32,000 nt of DNA from contig NZ_LN831039.1 of assembly GCF_001457595.1 (NCBI RefSeq), forward strand, positions 6,000,001-6,032,000, in the 5' to 3' direction. The translations under genes and the position numbers were made by a program. The notes beneath the pieces were generated by a model, which worked only from the letters and a program-made list of their open reading frames with translations, made no database searches and had not been told where the DNA came from. This DNA comes from Mycolicibacterium smegmatis (GTDB lineage Bacteria > Actinomycetota > Actinomycetes > Mycobacteriales > Mycobacteriaceae). This document shows positions 1-9,854 of this stretch, in pieces; within the stretch, counting starts at the first letter, position 1, and each line of letters begins with the position of its first letter.

Positions 1-272
1 CCGGTGACGACGTACTCGTGCCCGGGCAGCACGCGTGTGCCGAAGTACAGCGTGTCGGGGTTGTCGAGGCCCATCTTGGTGAACGGACCGGTTCCCGACT
101 GGAGGAACGGGTGGTCGCGGTCGTAGTCGAACGCGAGGTGCAGGCATCCCGAGACACAGCCCGCGAGGTACTGCAGACCTTCGGTCAGATCGGCCTCGGA
201 TGCGATGAACGGGGCGGCGGCCACGAGGCGTTCGGCCTCGGCGATGGCGTCCACCAACGGCTGTGAGTACAT
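1..272 (-). CDS. N-terminal part of a hypothetical protein, gene truncated by window edge (MYSQPLVDAIAEAERLVAAAPFIASEADLTEGLQYLAGCVSGCLHLAFDYDREHPFLQSGTGPFTKMGLDNPDTLYFGTRV...)
   Basis: Open frame on the minus strand from ATG at 272 to the window edge, divergent from the IclR gene. Position in a sterol gene neighbourhood suggests an Rv3531c-like gene, but this is not verified. Confidence 0.6.
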   Translation of the reverse strand, partial: MYSQPLVDAIAEAERLVAAAPFIASEADLTEGLQYLAGCVSGCLHLAFDYDRDHPFLQSGTGPFTKMGLDNPDTLYFGTRVLPGHEYVVT

Positions 273-331
273 CGGCGTCCGTTCTCTCGGTTCAATATTG
301 AACCATCATGGTAGAGTTTCCGACCTGACAC

Positions 332-345
332 TAGAACGCGTTCTA
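332..345. promoter_or_regulatory. KstR-like operator TAGAACGCGTTCTA (perfect palindrome)
   Basis: Exact match to the published KstR consensus TNNAACNNGTTNNA, in the divergent intergenic region between genes starting at 272(-) and 372(+). Confidence 0.75.
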
Positions 346-371
346 ATTCGCGTCAACATTCGGGAGGACTC

Positions 372-1283
372 ATGACCGAGGCTGCGGAGTCGGCCGGCCG
401 TGCGTCGCCGCCAACTGCGCGTGTCGTGGCGATCCTGGATTTCCTGGCCCGTCACCCGCATGACCGGTTCGGTTTGTCGGAACTGTCACGGCGGGTCGGG
501 GTGAGCAAGCCGACCTGCCTGGGCATCCTCACCACTTTGACCGAATCGAGTTATCTGGTGCGCGAGGGCGACGGGCGGGACAAGTGCTACCGCCTGGGGC
601 CCGCGTTGATCGCGCTGGGCCACATGGCGCAGGAATCGATGCGCGTGAACCCGTCCGCTCGCGCCGAACTGCGCGCCCTGTCAGGGGCTTTCGACAGCAC
701 CGCGGCCATCTCGGCGGTGATCGACGACCGCATCACGGTGCTGGAACTCGTGGCCCCGCCCGGCACCGACGTCGGGGTGCGCGTCGGGCAGAGTTATCCG
801 TTCGCCCCTCCGGTTGGCCTCATGTACGTGCTGTGGGACGACGACGCCCTGCGGGCGTGGCTGGACAAGTCCCCCACGGTGCCGCTGCGCACCGATTCCG
901 AGCGGTTGGAGAAGGTCATCGGCGAGTGCCGCAACTCGGGCTACCTGGTGGAACGGCTCACCCCAGCCGGTCAGCGGCTGTACGGGCTGATGGCGGGCAT
1001 GTCCAGCCGGTTGCCCGACGAGTTGCAGGCACTGCTACGGGAACTCGTGTCCGACATCGGTGAGCGTGTGCATCTGCGCAGCGAGGCCACCGGTCGGCAG
1101 CGCCACGACGTCAGCGTCATCTCTGCGCCGGTCCACGACCACCACCAGCGGCAGGTCATGGTGGTGTCACTGCACGTGGGCCGCGCGCTCACCGATTCGG
1201 AGATCACCAAACGGGCCCGCGGCGTGGTCGAGGCCGCCGACGCGGTCACCGCGCAGTTGGGCGGCGTGAAACCCACGCGTTGA
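372..1283 (+). CDS. IclR-family transcriptional regulator
   Basis: 303 aa. N-terminal winged HTH (ARVVAILDFLARHPHDRFGLSELSRRVGVSKPTCLGILTTLTESSYLVRE) followed by an IclR-type effector domain. Confidence 0.85.
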   Translation: MTEAAESAGRASPPTARVVAILDFLARHPHDRFGLSELSRRVGVSKPTCLGILTTLTESSYLVREGDGRDKCYRLGPALIALGHMAQESMRVNPSARAELRALSGAFDSTAAISAVIDDRITVLELVAPPGTDVGVRVGQSYPFAPPVGLMYVLWDDDALRAWLDKSPTVPLRTDSERLEKVIGECRNSGYLVERLTPAGQRLYGLMAGMSSRLPDELQALLRELVSDIGERVHLRSEATGRQRHDVSVISAPVHDHHQRQVMVVSLHVGRALTDSEITKRARGVVEAADAVTAQLGGVKPTR

Positions 1284-1295
1284 CAACGACGTTCG

Positions 1296-1643
1296 TCAGA
1301 AGTTGCTACAGGTGTCGAACACCGTCTGCAGCAACCCGATGTAGGGCTGGTTGGGCGGGTATTCCACGATCGCCTTGGCCATGCGTTGACGCAGATCCCG
1401 TGGTGCGTCGATGAATTGGCGAAGCGTGGTCTGCATGTCCGGCGACGAGTTCAGCACCCCGCCGTACACCGGGCTCTGAGCGTTCAGCGCCGAGACGAAC
1501 TGTGGGTACGTACAGGTGGTGTTGACCGCCGAGTCGAGGTTGGGCTCGGCGTTAGCGACGCCGGTGCCTGCGGTCAGTCCGACAACCGTGGCGGCCACCA
1601 GCCCACCCGCGGCGACCGCCGCCTTCATCGGTGTTGATTTCAT
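1296..1643 (-). CDS. Secreted hemophore-related protein, Rv1174c/TB8.4-like
   Basis: Signal peptide (MKSTPMKAAVAAGGLVAATVVGLTAGTGVANA) then EPNLDSAVNTTCTYPQFVSALNAQSP...NQPYIGLLQTVFDTCSNF. Closely follows the TB8.4 pattern (NTTCNYGQVVAALNA...YIGLVE...CNNY). Track start at 1751; the signal-peptide start at 1643 is preferred. Confidence 0.75.
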   Translation of the reverse strand: MKSTPMKAAVAAGGLVAATVVGLTAGTGVANAEPNLDSAVNTTCTYPQFVSALNAQSPVYGGVLNSSPDMQTTLRQFIDAPRDLRQRMAKAIVEYPPNQPYIGLLQTVFDTCSNF

Positions 1644-1772
1644 GTCTGCACCTCCGATTGCCCGGACTTTACCCGCCCGGTCCGAGCCGTCCCGGCGATT
1701 CGAAGACGCTCGACGGCGACTTGGTTGCGAACGAAAAGACAAGGTGCGCAAGGGCCGGTGTGCGGGAGTTGC

Positions 1773-3869
1773 TCAGGTGGTGCTCGCCAGGACGAACGGC
1801 AGGACTGCCGGCACGCCCGCGTCCCGCAACACCCGTGCGGCCATCGTCAACGTCCAGCCCGAGTCCGTCATGTCGTCGACCAGCAGTACCGGCCCGTCGC
1901 AGTCGATCTGGGGACGTTCCCACGATCCTTCGAGTGCCGCGACGCGGTACGCGGAGTTCGCGGCCGTGACGGGACGTCGGGTCGGGGTGTAGCGCAGGAT
2001 GCCCAGGTCGGTGAGCCGGCCGATCTGGGCCAGGCGTTGCACGGTCGAGGCGATGAGCCGTGGATGGGTGTCCGAGTCGAGGCCCATGACCGCGACGGGG
2101 CGGCGCTCCCAGTCCCACGCCTTGAGCACCGCGATCGCGGCCTGGACCACCTCGTCGGGCACGTCCTGGTCGGGTTCGGAGAGCAATCGCCGCAGCCGCG
2201 CACCCCAGCCCAGGTCGGTGAGCCTGCCTATGGCGCGACCGGGTGCCGCACCATCGGCGATCCGGCCTGACAACTGCAGGCCCAGTGATGCCAGGCCCGA
2301 CGGCCACTGTTTGCGTGGCGCCACCGCCACCCCGGGGCGGCGCAACCGTTCGGCGGTCGCGGCGAGCGTCGCGTCGTCCACCGCGGTCGGGCGGCGGGAT
2401 CCCGTGCAGTTGTCGCAGCGGCCGCAGCGCTCCCCCGGCTGCAGTTCGGGGTCGTCGAGCTGTGCACGCAGGAACGCCATGCGACAGCCGTCGGTGGCCT
2501 GGTAGTCGAGCATCGCCTGCTGCTCGCGGCGACGGGCCTCGTCGAGCGCGCGGTACCGCTGCTCGTCGTAGCTCCACGGTTCTCCGGTGGCGATCCACCC
2601 GCCTTTCACGCGGCGCACCGCGCCGTCGACGTCGAGCACCTTGAGCACCATCTCCAGCCGCGACCGGTTGAGGTCCACCTGGGTTTCCAAGGCAGGCGTG
2701 GATTGTGGCCGCTCGGTGTCCAGCGCGGCAAGCACGTTGCGCACCAAGGGTTCCGACGGGAACGCGACCGAGGCGAAGTAGCGCCACACCTCCTGGTCCT
2801 CGGTGCCCGGCAGCAGGATCACCTCGGCACTCTCGGTCGCACGGCCCGCGCGACCCACCTGCTGGTAGTAGGCGATCGGCGACGACGGCGCACCGAGGTG
2901 TACGACGAAACCCAGGTCCGGCTTGTCGAAACCCATCCCCAGCGCCGAGGTCGCGACCAGCGCCTTGACCCGGTTGTCGAGCAGGTCCGCCTCGAGTTGT
3001 TCGCGTTCCGCAGTGTCGGTGGACCCGGCGTAGGCCGCCACCTTGTGGCCCTGCTCGGCCAGCAGAGCCGCGACATCGTGCGCCTGCGACACGGTCAGGG
3101 TGTAGATGATGCCCGAGCCCGGCAGCGAATCGATCTGTGCGGCAATCCATGCCGCGCGCTGCGCGGGAGTTCCGGCCTGCACCACCGACAACCGCAGGGA
3201 CTGCCGATCGAGCCCGCCGCGCAGCACCAGGGTGTCGCGCCCACCGACTCCCAGTTGCGCCGCCACATCGTTGACCACGCGGTCGTTGGCGGTCGCAGTC
3301 GTCGCGAGAACCGGTATGTCCGAACCCAATTCGGCGATCAGCGTGCGGATGCGCCGGTAGTCGGGCCGGAAGTCGTGCCCCCAGTCCGATACGCAGTGCG
3401 CCTCGTCCACCACCACCAGACCCGCGTCGGACGCGAGCGCGGGCAGCACGTTGTCACGGAAGTCGGGGTTGTTGAGGCGTTCGGGGCTCACGAGCAGCAC
3501 GTCGAGGTCACCCGCGCCGACCTGCTGGTGGATGGTGTCCCATTCGGTGACGTTGCCCGAGTTGATGGTCGCGGCCCGCACACCGGCACGCTCGGCCGCG
3601 TCGACCTGGTTGCGCATGAGCGCCAACAGCGGCGACACGATCACCGTGGGGCCCAAGCCGGCATTGCGCAGAAGTTTCGCGGCGATGAAATACACCGCGG
3701 ACTTGCCCCATCCGGTGCGCTGCACCACGAGCGCCTGGCGGCGCTGGACCACCAGCGCCTCGATCGCGGTCCACTGATCGTCGCGCAACGTCGCCGTGGG
3801 ACCGGCGAGTTGTTCGAGAATCGACTGCGCGTGCTCACGGGTGACCATGGGACCATCCTGCCGGGTCAC
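1773..3869 (-). CDS. recQ: RecQ-family ATP-dependent DNA helicase with C-terminal phosphoribosyltransferase-like segment
   Basis: RecQ motifs: [51 protein letters not shown], zinc-binding [10 protein letters not shown]-terminal [14 protein letters not shown] resembles a PRPP-binding motif. An alternative start lies at 3848. Confidence 0.88.
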   Translation of the reverse strand: MTRQDGPMVTREHAQSILEQLAGPTATLRDDQWTAIEALVVQRRQALVVQRTGWGKSAVYFIAAKLLRNAGLGPTVIVSPLLALMRNQVDAAERAGVRAATINSGNVTEWDTIHQQVGAGDLDVLLVSPERLNNPDFRDNVLPALASDAGLVVVDEAHCVSDWGHDFRPDYRRIRTLIAELGSDIPVLATTATANDRVVNDVAAQLGVGGRDTLVLRGGLDRQSLRLSVVQAGTPAQRAAWIAAQIDSLPGSGIIYTLTVSQAHDVAALLAEQGHKVAAYAGSTDTAEREQLEADLLDNRVKALVATSALGMGFDKPDLGFVVHLGAPSSPIAYYQQVGRAGRATESAEVILLPGTEDQEVWRYFASVAFPSEPLVRNVLAALDTERPQSTPALETQVDLNRSRLEMVLKVLDVDGAVRRVKGGWIATGEPWSYDEQRYRALDEARRREQQAMLDYQATDGCRMAFLRAQLDDPELQPGERCGRCDNCTGSRRPTAVDDATLAATAERLRRPGVAVAPRKQWPSGLASLGLQLSGRIADGAAPGRAIGRLTDLGWGARLRRLLSEPDQDVPDEVVQAAIAVLKAWDWERRPVAVMGLDSDTHPRLIASTVQRLAQIGRLTDLGILRYTPTRRPVTAANSAYRVAALEGSWERPQIDCDGPVLLVDDMTDSGWTLTMAARVLRDAGVPAVLPFVLASTT

Positions 3870-3907
3870 TCCGACACGGAATCACAGCAGGATCCGGGCC
3901 CGCGCAT

Positions 3908-3949
3908 GTAACCAGGTGGCGGCTCGGGGGAAAGCCGCCACCTGGCTAC
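3908..3949 (-). terminator. Strong hairpin, likely terminator of the minus-strand gene 3955-4338
   Basis: GTAACCAGGTGGCGGCT - CGGGGGAA - AGCCGCCACCTGGCTAC: 17-bp stem with a single A/C position that becomes a G-U wobble in the minus-strand transcript, 8-nt loop. Located between the stop at 3955 and the recQ start. Confidence 0.7.
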
Positions 3950-3954
3950 CTCAA

Positions 3955-4338
3955 TCAGAGCTCTTCGAGCGCGTCGGACACCGGCGTCGGCGTCACGTCG
4001 ATGCCGCACTGTGTGTGGAGATCGACGACGGGCTGGTTGATCTTCTGCAGATCCTGCGTCACCTGCGGATTGCCCGCGAAGAACGTCCGGTACAGGTCGT
4101 CGGCGCGATCGTCGGGCTGCCTGGCGATGTCGGTCAGCGCCCGGTCGGCCTCGGGATGCGCGGTCAGGTACGTGCTGGTGGACGCCGCCACCGAGCTGAC
4201 GGTGCTCGCGATCCCACTCTCGCTGCACTGATCGGGCTCGGCGTTCGCCATCGGGATCGTGAACCCGGCGGAGAGGACGCCGCCCGCGCACATGCCGTAC
4301 AAGCAGCGACGGACAGTGCGTGCGGACATCTTCTTCAT
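3955..4338 (-). CDS. Secreted hemophore-related / haem-binding protein, Rv0203-like
   Basis: Signal peptide ending MANA, then EPDQCSESGIASTVSSVAASTSTYLTAHPEADRALTDIA...FFAGNPQVTQDLQKINQPVVDLHTQCGI, resembling Rv0203. AAGGAGTG Shine-Dalgarno immediately upstream of the ATG. Confidence 0.72.
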   Translation of the reverse strand: MKKMSARTVRRCLYGMCAGGVLSAGFTIPMANAEPDQCSESGIASTVSSVAASTSTYLTAHPEADRALTDIARQPDDRADDLYRTFFAGNPQVTQDLQKINQPVVDLHTQCGIDVTPTPVSDALEEL

Positions 4339-4424
4339 CGATCACTCCTTCGGTCGGCGATCTTTTCGATCGCGACCAAAGGGTTAACCGACGCCTGCGA
4401 GGCTAAACAACCCGTACCCGCAAG

Positions 4425-5474
4425 CTACTTGGACGCGGCGGCTTCCTGCTCACGCTTGATCTCCAGCGCGATGTCGATGAGCTGGTCTTCCTGACCGCCT
4501 ATGAGCTTGCGCTGACCCGCGCGGTGCAGCAGCTGATGTGCCGGCACGCCGTACCGCTCGGACTGCCGGATCGCATGCTTGAGGAAGCTGGAGTACACGC
4601 CCGAGTAGCCCATGATCAGCGCGTTGCGGTCCAGCAGGCACTCGGCGGGCATGGCCGGGGCCACCACCTCTTCGGCCGCGTCGGCGATGTCGAAGAAGTC
4701 GATGCCGGTCTTGACGCCGATCTTGTCGAACACGCCGATGAGCGCCTCGACGGGTGCGTTGCCCGCACCCGCACCGAACCGCCTGCAGGAGCCGTCGATC
4801 TGCTTGGCGCCCGCGCGCACGGCCTCGACCGAGTTCGCGACGCCCAGGCCGAGGTTCTCGTGACCGTGGAAACCGACCTGGGCGTCCGAGCCCAGTTCGG
4901 CGACCAGCGCCTGCACGCGGTCGCGAACGCCTTCGAGCACCAGCGCACCGGCCGAGTCGACGACGTAGACGCACTGGCAGCCGGCGTCGGCCATGATGCG
5001 GGCCTGCTGGGCGAGCTTCTCCGGCGAGATGGTGTGGGCCATCATCAAAAAGCCCACGGTCTCCAGGCCCAGTTCACGTGCCAGGCCGAAGTGCTGGATC
5101 GACACGTCGGCCTCGGTGCAGTGGGTCGCGATGCGGCAGATCGAACCGCCGTTGTTCTGCGCCTCCTTGATGTCCTCCTTGGTGCCCACACCGGGCAGCA
5201 TGAGGAAGGCGATCTTGGATTCCTTGGCCGTCTCGGCCGCGATCTTGATGAGTTCCTGTTCGGGCGTCTTGGAGAAGCCGTAGTTGAAGCTCGACCCGCC
5301 AAGGCCGTCGCCGTGGGTCACCTCGATGACCGGCACACCGGCGGCGTCGAGCGCCGCGACGATGGACCGCACCTCTTCACCGGTGAACTGATGCCGCTTG
5401 TGGTGCGACCCGTCGCGCAGCGACGTGTCGGTCATGCGGACGTCCCAGATGGGGTTGAAGAAGATGTCGCTCAT
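4425..5474 (-). CDS. hsaF: 4-hydroxy-2-oxovalerate (4-hydroxy-2-oxohexanoate) aldolase
   Basis: 349 aa; [58 protein letters not shown]. Class II HMGL-like aldolase, operonic with an acylating aldehyde dehydrogenase. Confidence 0.95.
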   Translation of the reverse strand: MSDIFFNPIWDVRMTDTSLRDGSHHKRHQFTGEEVRSIVAALDAAGVPVIEVTHGDGLGGSSFNYGFSKTPEQELIKIAAETAKESKIAFLMLPGVGTKEDIKEAQNNGGSICRIATHCTEADVSIQHFGLARELGLETVGFLMMAHTISPEKLAQQARIMADAGCQCVYVVDSAGALVLEGVRDRVQALVAELGSDAQVGFHGHENLGLGVANSVEAVRAGAKQIDGSCRRFGAGAGNAPVEALIGVFDKIGVKTGIDFFDIADAAEEVVAPAMPAECLLDRNALIMGYSGVYSSFLKHAIRQSERYGVPAHQLLHRAGQRKLIGGQEDQLIDIALEIKREQEAAASK

Positions 5475-6394
5475 GCCTGTGCTCCTGACGCGAGGCTTGC
5501 TTCGGCCGATTTCTTGGCGATTTCCTCGCCGACTTTCGTCGCCGCGGCGGTCATGATGTCCAGATTTCCAGCGTAGGGCGGCAGGTAGTCACCCGCACCC
5601 TCCACTTCCACGAACGTGGTGACCAGATGGTTGCCGCCGTTGACCACCGAAGGCTCGTCGAACTGCGGTTCGTTGAGCAGGCGGTAGCCCGGGACGTACG
5701 TCTGCACCTCGGCGACGACGTCCTTGATGGACTGCGTGATGGCGTCGTGGTCGGCGCCTTCGGGGATGGCGCAGAAGATGGTGTCGCGCATGATCATCGG
5801 CGGTTCGGCCGGGTTGAGGACGATGATCGCCTTGCCCCGCTGCGCACCGCCGATGTTCTGCACGCCGGCGCTCGTGGTCTTGGTGAACTCGTCGATGTTG
5901 GCGCGCGTGCCCGGGCCTGCCGACGCCGACGACACCGACGCGACGATCTCGGCGTAGGGCACGTCGACCACGCGGCTTACGGCATGCACGATCGGGATGG
6001 TCGCCTGACCGCCGCACGTGACCATGTTGACGTTCGGGGCGTCGAGGTGGTCGCGCAGGTTGGCCGGCGGGATGACACCAGGACCCACCGCGGCAGGCGT
6101 GAGGTCGATGGCACGAATGCCCGCTTCCTCGTAGCGCGGTGCGGCGTCACGGTGCACGTAGGCACTGGTGGCCTCGAAGACCAGATCAGGCTTTTCGCTC
6201 TGTGCCAGCAGCCAGTCCACTCCCTCGGCGGATGTCTCCAGGCCGAGTTTGCGTGCCCGCGCCAAACCTTCGGATTCCGGATCGATGCCGATCATCCAGC
6301 GTGGCTCAAGCCATTCCGAGCGGAGCAGCTTGTAGAGCAGATCGGTGCTGATGTTGCCGGATCCGACGATCGCGACGGAGGACTTTTTCGGCAT
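5471..6394 (-). CDS. hsaG: Acetaldehyde/propanal dehydrogenase (acylating)
   Basis: [41 protein letters not shown]...[20 protein letters not shown]. Start at 6394 has an AGAAAC-type RBS and matches the expected homologue N-terminus; the longer track start is 6436. Confidence 0.95.
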   Translation of the reverse strand: MPKKSSVAIVGSGNISTDLLYKLLRSEWLEPRWMIGIDPESEGLARARKLGLETSAEGVDWLLAQSEKPDLVFEATSAYVHRDAAPRYEEAGIRAIDLTPAAVGPGVIPPANLRDHLDAPNVNMVTCGGQATIPIVHAVSRVVDVPYAEIVASVSSASAGPGTRANIDEFTKTTSAGVQNIGGAQRGKAIIVLNPAEPPMIMRDTIFCAIPEGADHDAITQSIKDVVAEVQTYVPGYRLLNEPQFDEPSVVNGGNHLVTTFVEVEGAGDYLPPYAGNLDIMTAAATKVGEEIAKKSAEASLASGAQA

Positions 6395-6432
6395 TGTTTC
6401 TCCCAGCTGTTCGAAAGTCTTGGTCGAGGACA

Positions 6433-7218
6433 TCACTCGAAACGCAGGTGTACTGAACCTAACCCGGCGAAGTCGGCGACGAAATCACTACCGGCGGGTG
6501 CATCTATCGCACGTGTGCACGAGCCGGGGAGCACGATGTCGCCGGCCTTGAGCCGCACACCGAAACTCTCGACCTTGCGTGCCAGCCACGCGACCGCGGT
6601 CACCGGGTTGCCCAGCACCGCATCGCTGCGGCCCTCGGCGACCACCTCGCCGTTGTTCTTGAGGACGGCGTCGATGTTGCGAATGTCGATGTCCTTGGGC
6701 GACACCCGGGCCTCGCCCAGCACCCAGCCCGCCGACGACGCGTTGTCGGCGATGGTGTCGCACAGCTTGATCTGCCAGTTGGTGATACGCGTGTCGATGA
6801 GCTCGATGGCCGGCGCGAACGCCGCGGTCGCGGCGAGCACATCCTCTTCTGTGCAGCCCGCGCCCGGCAGATCGTCGGCGAGGATGAACCCGACCTCGAC
6901 CTCGACCCGCGGGTAGAGGTAGTTGGCGCTCTTGACGGGCTGATCCTCGTACACCTGCATGTCGTCGAGGAGGTGGCCGTAGTCCGGCTCGTCGACGCCC
7001 ATCATCTCCTGCATCGCCTTGCTGGACAGGCCCACCTTGTGGCCCACCACCTTGGCGCCTTCCGCGATGCGCTGACGGATGTTGATCAGCTGGATCTCGT
7101 AGGCGTCGACGACGTCGATGTCGGGATTTCCGTCGGTCAACGGAGTGATCGGTTGCCGGCTGCGCTCGGCTTGGGCCAGGTCGGCGGCAAGTCGCGCGCG
7201 CACCTCGTCACTGAGCAT
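6433..7218 (-). CDS. hsaE: 2-hydroxypenta-2,4-dienoate hydratase (sterol side pathway)
   Basis: 261 aa; [60 protein letters not shown]. First gene of the hsaEGF order. Confidence 0.94.
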   Translation of the reverse strand: MLSDEVRARLAADLAQAERSRQPITPLTDGNPDIDVVDAYEIQLINIRQRIAEGAKVVGHKVGLSSKAMQEMMGVDEPDYGHLLDDMQVYEDQPVKSANYLYPRVEVEVGFILADDLPGAGCTEEDVLAATAAFAPAIELIDTRITNWQIKLCDTIADNASSAGWVLGEARVSPKDIDIRNIDAVLKNNGEVVAEGRSDAVLGNPVTAVAWLARKVESFGVRLKAGDIVLPGSCTRAIDAPAGSDFVADFAGLGSVHLRFE

Positions 7219-7276
7219 TGTGGTGAAGTCCCCTCACTTCTTTGACCGGGGCGGTTGTTCGATCACCGGCCAATTC

Positions 7277-7290
7277 TATAACGTGTTCTA
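7277..7290. promoter_or_regulatory. KstR-like operator TATAACGTGTTCTA
   Basis: Matches TNNAACNNGTTNNA. Lies in the 73-bp divergent region between hsaE and kstD, with one nucleotide separating it from the kstD ATG. Confidence 0.8.
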
Positions 7291-7291
7291 C

Positions 7292-8992
7292 ATGACTGGA
7301 CAGGAGTACGACGTTGTGGTGGTCGGGAGCGGTGCTGCCGGCATGGTCGCCGCCCTCACCGCAGCCCACCAGGGCCTCTCGACAGTAGTCGTAGAAAAGG
7401 CTCCGCACTACGGTGGTTCCACTGCGCGGTCAGGTGGTGGTGTGTGGATCCCGAACAACGAGATCCTCAAGCGCGACGGCGTCAAGGACACTCCTGACGA
7501 GGCGCGGAAATACCTGCACGCGATCATCGGTGACGTCGTCCCGGCCGAGAAGATCGACACGTATCTGGACCGCGGGCCGGAAATGCTGTCGTTCGTCCTC
7601 AAGCACTCGCCGCTGAAGCTGTGCTGGGTGCCCGGATACTCCGACTACTACCCCGAGACCCCGGGTGGCAAGCCCACGGGGCGGTCGGTCGAGCCGAAGC
7701 CGTTCGACGCCAACAAGCTGGGCCCCGACCTCAAAGGTCTCGAACCGCCGTACGGCAAGGTCCCCATGAACATGGTGGTCATGCAGCAGGACTACGTGCG
7801 GCTCAACCAGCTCAAACGTCATCCGCGCGGCGTACTGCGCAGCCTCAAGGTCGGCATCCGCGCGACGTGGGGCAAGGTCAGCGGCAAGAACCTCGTCGGT
7901 ATGGGCCGCGCGCTCATCGCGCCGCTGCGTATCGGCCTGCGCGAGGCCGGGGTTCCGGTGCTGCTGAACACCGCGCTGACCGATCTGTACGTCGAGGACG
8001 GCCGCGTGCTGGGCATCTACGTCCGCGACACGACGGCCGGCGACGACGCCGAGCCCCGGCTGATCCGCGCACGCCACGGCGTGATCCTCGGATCCGGCGG
8101 GTTCGAGCACAACGAGCAGATGCGCGTGAAGTACCAGCGCGCGCCCATCACCACGGAGTGGACCGTCGGCGCGGTCGCCAACACCGGCGACGGTATCGTC
8201 GCCGCCGAAAAGCTCGGGGCGGCACTCGAACTCATGGAAGACGCGTGGTGGGGCCCCACGGTTCCGCTGGTCGGCGCCCCGTGGTTCGCCTTGAGCGAGC
8301 GCAACTCCCCCGGATCGATCATCGTCAACATGTCCGGCAAGCGCTTCATGAACGAATCCATGCCCTACGTCGAGGCATGCCACCACATGTACGGCGGCCA
8401 GTACGGCCAGGGCCCCGGTCCCGGCGAGAACATCCCGGCGTGGCTCATCTTCGACCAGCAATACCGCGACCGCTACATCTTCGCCGGTTTGCAACCAGGG
8501 CAGCGGATCCCGTCGAAGTGGCTGGAATCCGGTGTGATCGTCAAGGCCGACACGCTGGTCGAACTGGCCGAGAAGACCGGCCTGCCCGCCGATCAGTTCA
8601 CCTCGACCATCGAGCGCTTCAACGGGTTCGCACGCTCGGGTGTCGACGAGGACTTCCACCGCGGCGAGAGTGCCTACGACCGTTACTACGGCGATCCCAC
8701 CAACAAACCCAACCCGAACCTGGGCGAGATCAAGCACGGCCCCTTCTACGCCGCCAAGATGGTGCCCGGTGACCTCGGCACCAAGGGCGGCATCCGCACC
8801 GACGTGCGCGGACGCGCTCTGCGCGACGACGATTCGGTGATCGAGGGTCTGTATGCTGCCGGCAATGTCAGCTCACCGGTGATGGGCCACACCTATCCGG
8901 GACCCGGCGGCACCATCGGTCCCGCCATGACATTCGGTTACCTGGCCGCACTCGACATCGCCGCTACCGCGGCGGCCTCCCGGAAGGGCTGA
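7292..8992 (+). CDS. kstD: 3-ketosteroid delta1-dehydrogenase
   Basis: MTGQEYDVVVVGSGAAGMVAALTAAHQGLSTVVVEKAPHYGGSTARSGGGVWIPNNEIL, C-terminal GNVSSPVMGHTYPGPGGTIGPAMTFGYLAA. 566 aa from ATG 7292; the track start at 7118 is too early. Confidence 0.95.
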   Translation: MTGQEYDVVVVGSGAAGMVAALTAAHQGLSTVVVEKAPHYGGSTARSGGGVWIPNNEILKRDGVKDTPDEARKYLHAIIGDVVPAEKIDTYLDRGPEMLSFVLKHSPLKLCWVPGYSDYYPETPGGKPTGRSVEPKPFDANKLGPDLKGLEPPYGKVPMNMVVMQQDYVRLNQLKRHPRGVLRSLKVGIRATWGKVSGKNLVGMGRALIAPLRIGLREAGVPVLLNTALTDLYVEDGRVLGIYVRDTTAGDDAEPRLIRARHGVILGSGGFEHNEQMRVKYQRAPITTEWTVGAVANTGDGIVAAEKLGAALELMEDAWWGPTVPLVGAPWFALSERNSPGSIIVNMSGKRFMNESMPYVEACHHMYGGQYGQGPGPGENIPAWLIFDQQYRDRYIFAGLQPGQRIPSKWLESGVIVKADTLVELAEKTGLPADQFTSTIERFNGFARSGVDEDFHRGESAYDRYYGDPTNKPNPNLGEIKHGPFYAAKMVPGDLGTKGGIRTDVRGRALRDDDSVIEGLYAAGNVSSPVMGHTYPGPGGTIGPAMTFGYLAALDIAATAAASRKG

Positions 8993-8993
8993 T

Positions 8994-9854
8994 ATGCCAA
9001 TCGATCTCGACAAAGCACTGGGCGCCGAGCTGGAACCCATCGAGTTCTCGTGGACCAGCAGTGACATCCAGCTCTACCACCTGGGCCTCGGCGCCGGGGC
9101 GGACCCCATGGACGAGCGTGAGCTGCGGTACCTGGTCGACGGCACCCCGCAGGTGCTTCCGACGTTCGGCAACGTCGCGGCCAGCTTCCACATGACCGAG
9201 CCGCCCAAGGTGCAGTTCCCCGGCATCGACATCGAACTGTCCAAGGTGCTGCACGCCAGCGAGGCCGTCAGCGTGCCCGGCCCGATCCCCACGAGCGGCA
9301 CAGCGAAGTCGGTGCAGCGCTTCACCGAGATCTGGGACAAGGGCAAGGCCGCGGTGATCGTCAGCGAGACCACGGTCACCGACCCGTCCGGCAAGGTGCT
9401 GTGGACCACCAAGCGGTCCATCTTCGCGCGCGGCGAAGGTGGCTTCGGCGGCGAGCGCGGCCCCTCCACCTCGGTCGAACCGCCATCGCGGGCACCTGAT
9501 TTCGAGATCTCCCTGCCGACCCTGCCCCAGCAGGCGCTGCTGTACCGGCTGTGCGGTGACCGCAATCCGCTGCACTCCGACCCGGCCTTCGCCAAGGCCG
9601 CGGGCTTCGACCGGCCGATCCTGCACGGGCTGTGCACCTACGGCATCGGTTGCAAGGCCATCGTCGACAACCTGCTCGACGGCGACGTGTCGCGCGTGGC
9701 GAGCTACGGCGCCCGCTTCGCGGGCGTCGTGTTCCCCGGCGAGACGCTCTCGGCGAACATCTGGAAGGAAGACGGCAAGTTCATCGGCGTCCTGACCGCA
9801 CCGTCACGGGACAACACCGTCGTGCTCTCGGGTGTGGAGTTGGTCCCGGCGTAA
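8994..9854 (+). CDS. MaoC-family enoyl-CoA hydratase/dehydratase (Rv3538-like)
   Basis: 286 aa; hydratase hallmark LLYRLCGDRNPLHSDPAFAKAAGFDRPILHGLCTYG. Immediately downstream of kstD. Confidence 0.9.
   Translation: MPIDLDKALGAELEPIEFSWTSSDIQLYHLGLGAGADPMDERELRYLVDGTPQVLPTFGNVAASFHMTEPPKVQFPGIDIELSKVLHASEAVSVPGPIPTSGTAKSVQRFTEIWDKGKAAVIVSETTVTDPSGKVLWTTKRSIFARGEGGFGGERGPSTSVEPPSRAPDFEISLPTLPQQALLYRLCGDRNPLHSDPAFAKAAGFDRPILHGLCTYGIGCKAIVDNLLDGDVSRVASYGARFAGVVFPGETLSANIWKEDGKFIGVLTAPSRDNTVVLSGVELVPA

Noticed and set aside
1669-3150. Long minus-strand ORF of 493 aa overlapping recQ
   Set aside because: Arg/Gly/Pro-rich off-frame translation inside clear RecQ coding sequence; a typical high-GC shadow ORF.
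2703-3911. Plus-strand 402-aa ORF antisense to recQ
   Set aside because: Composition and repetitive R/G/H-rich sequence match antisense read-through of a real gene. No family motif seen.
5627-6916. Plus-strand 429-aa ORF across hsaG/hsaE
   Set aside because: Antisense shadow of well-supported hsaG and hsaE coding sequence.
7118-7291. Track start of kstD at 7118
   Set aside because: It would overlap the divergent hsaE start and read through the KstR-like operator. The conserved flavoprotein N-terminus begins at ATG 7292.
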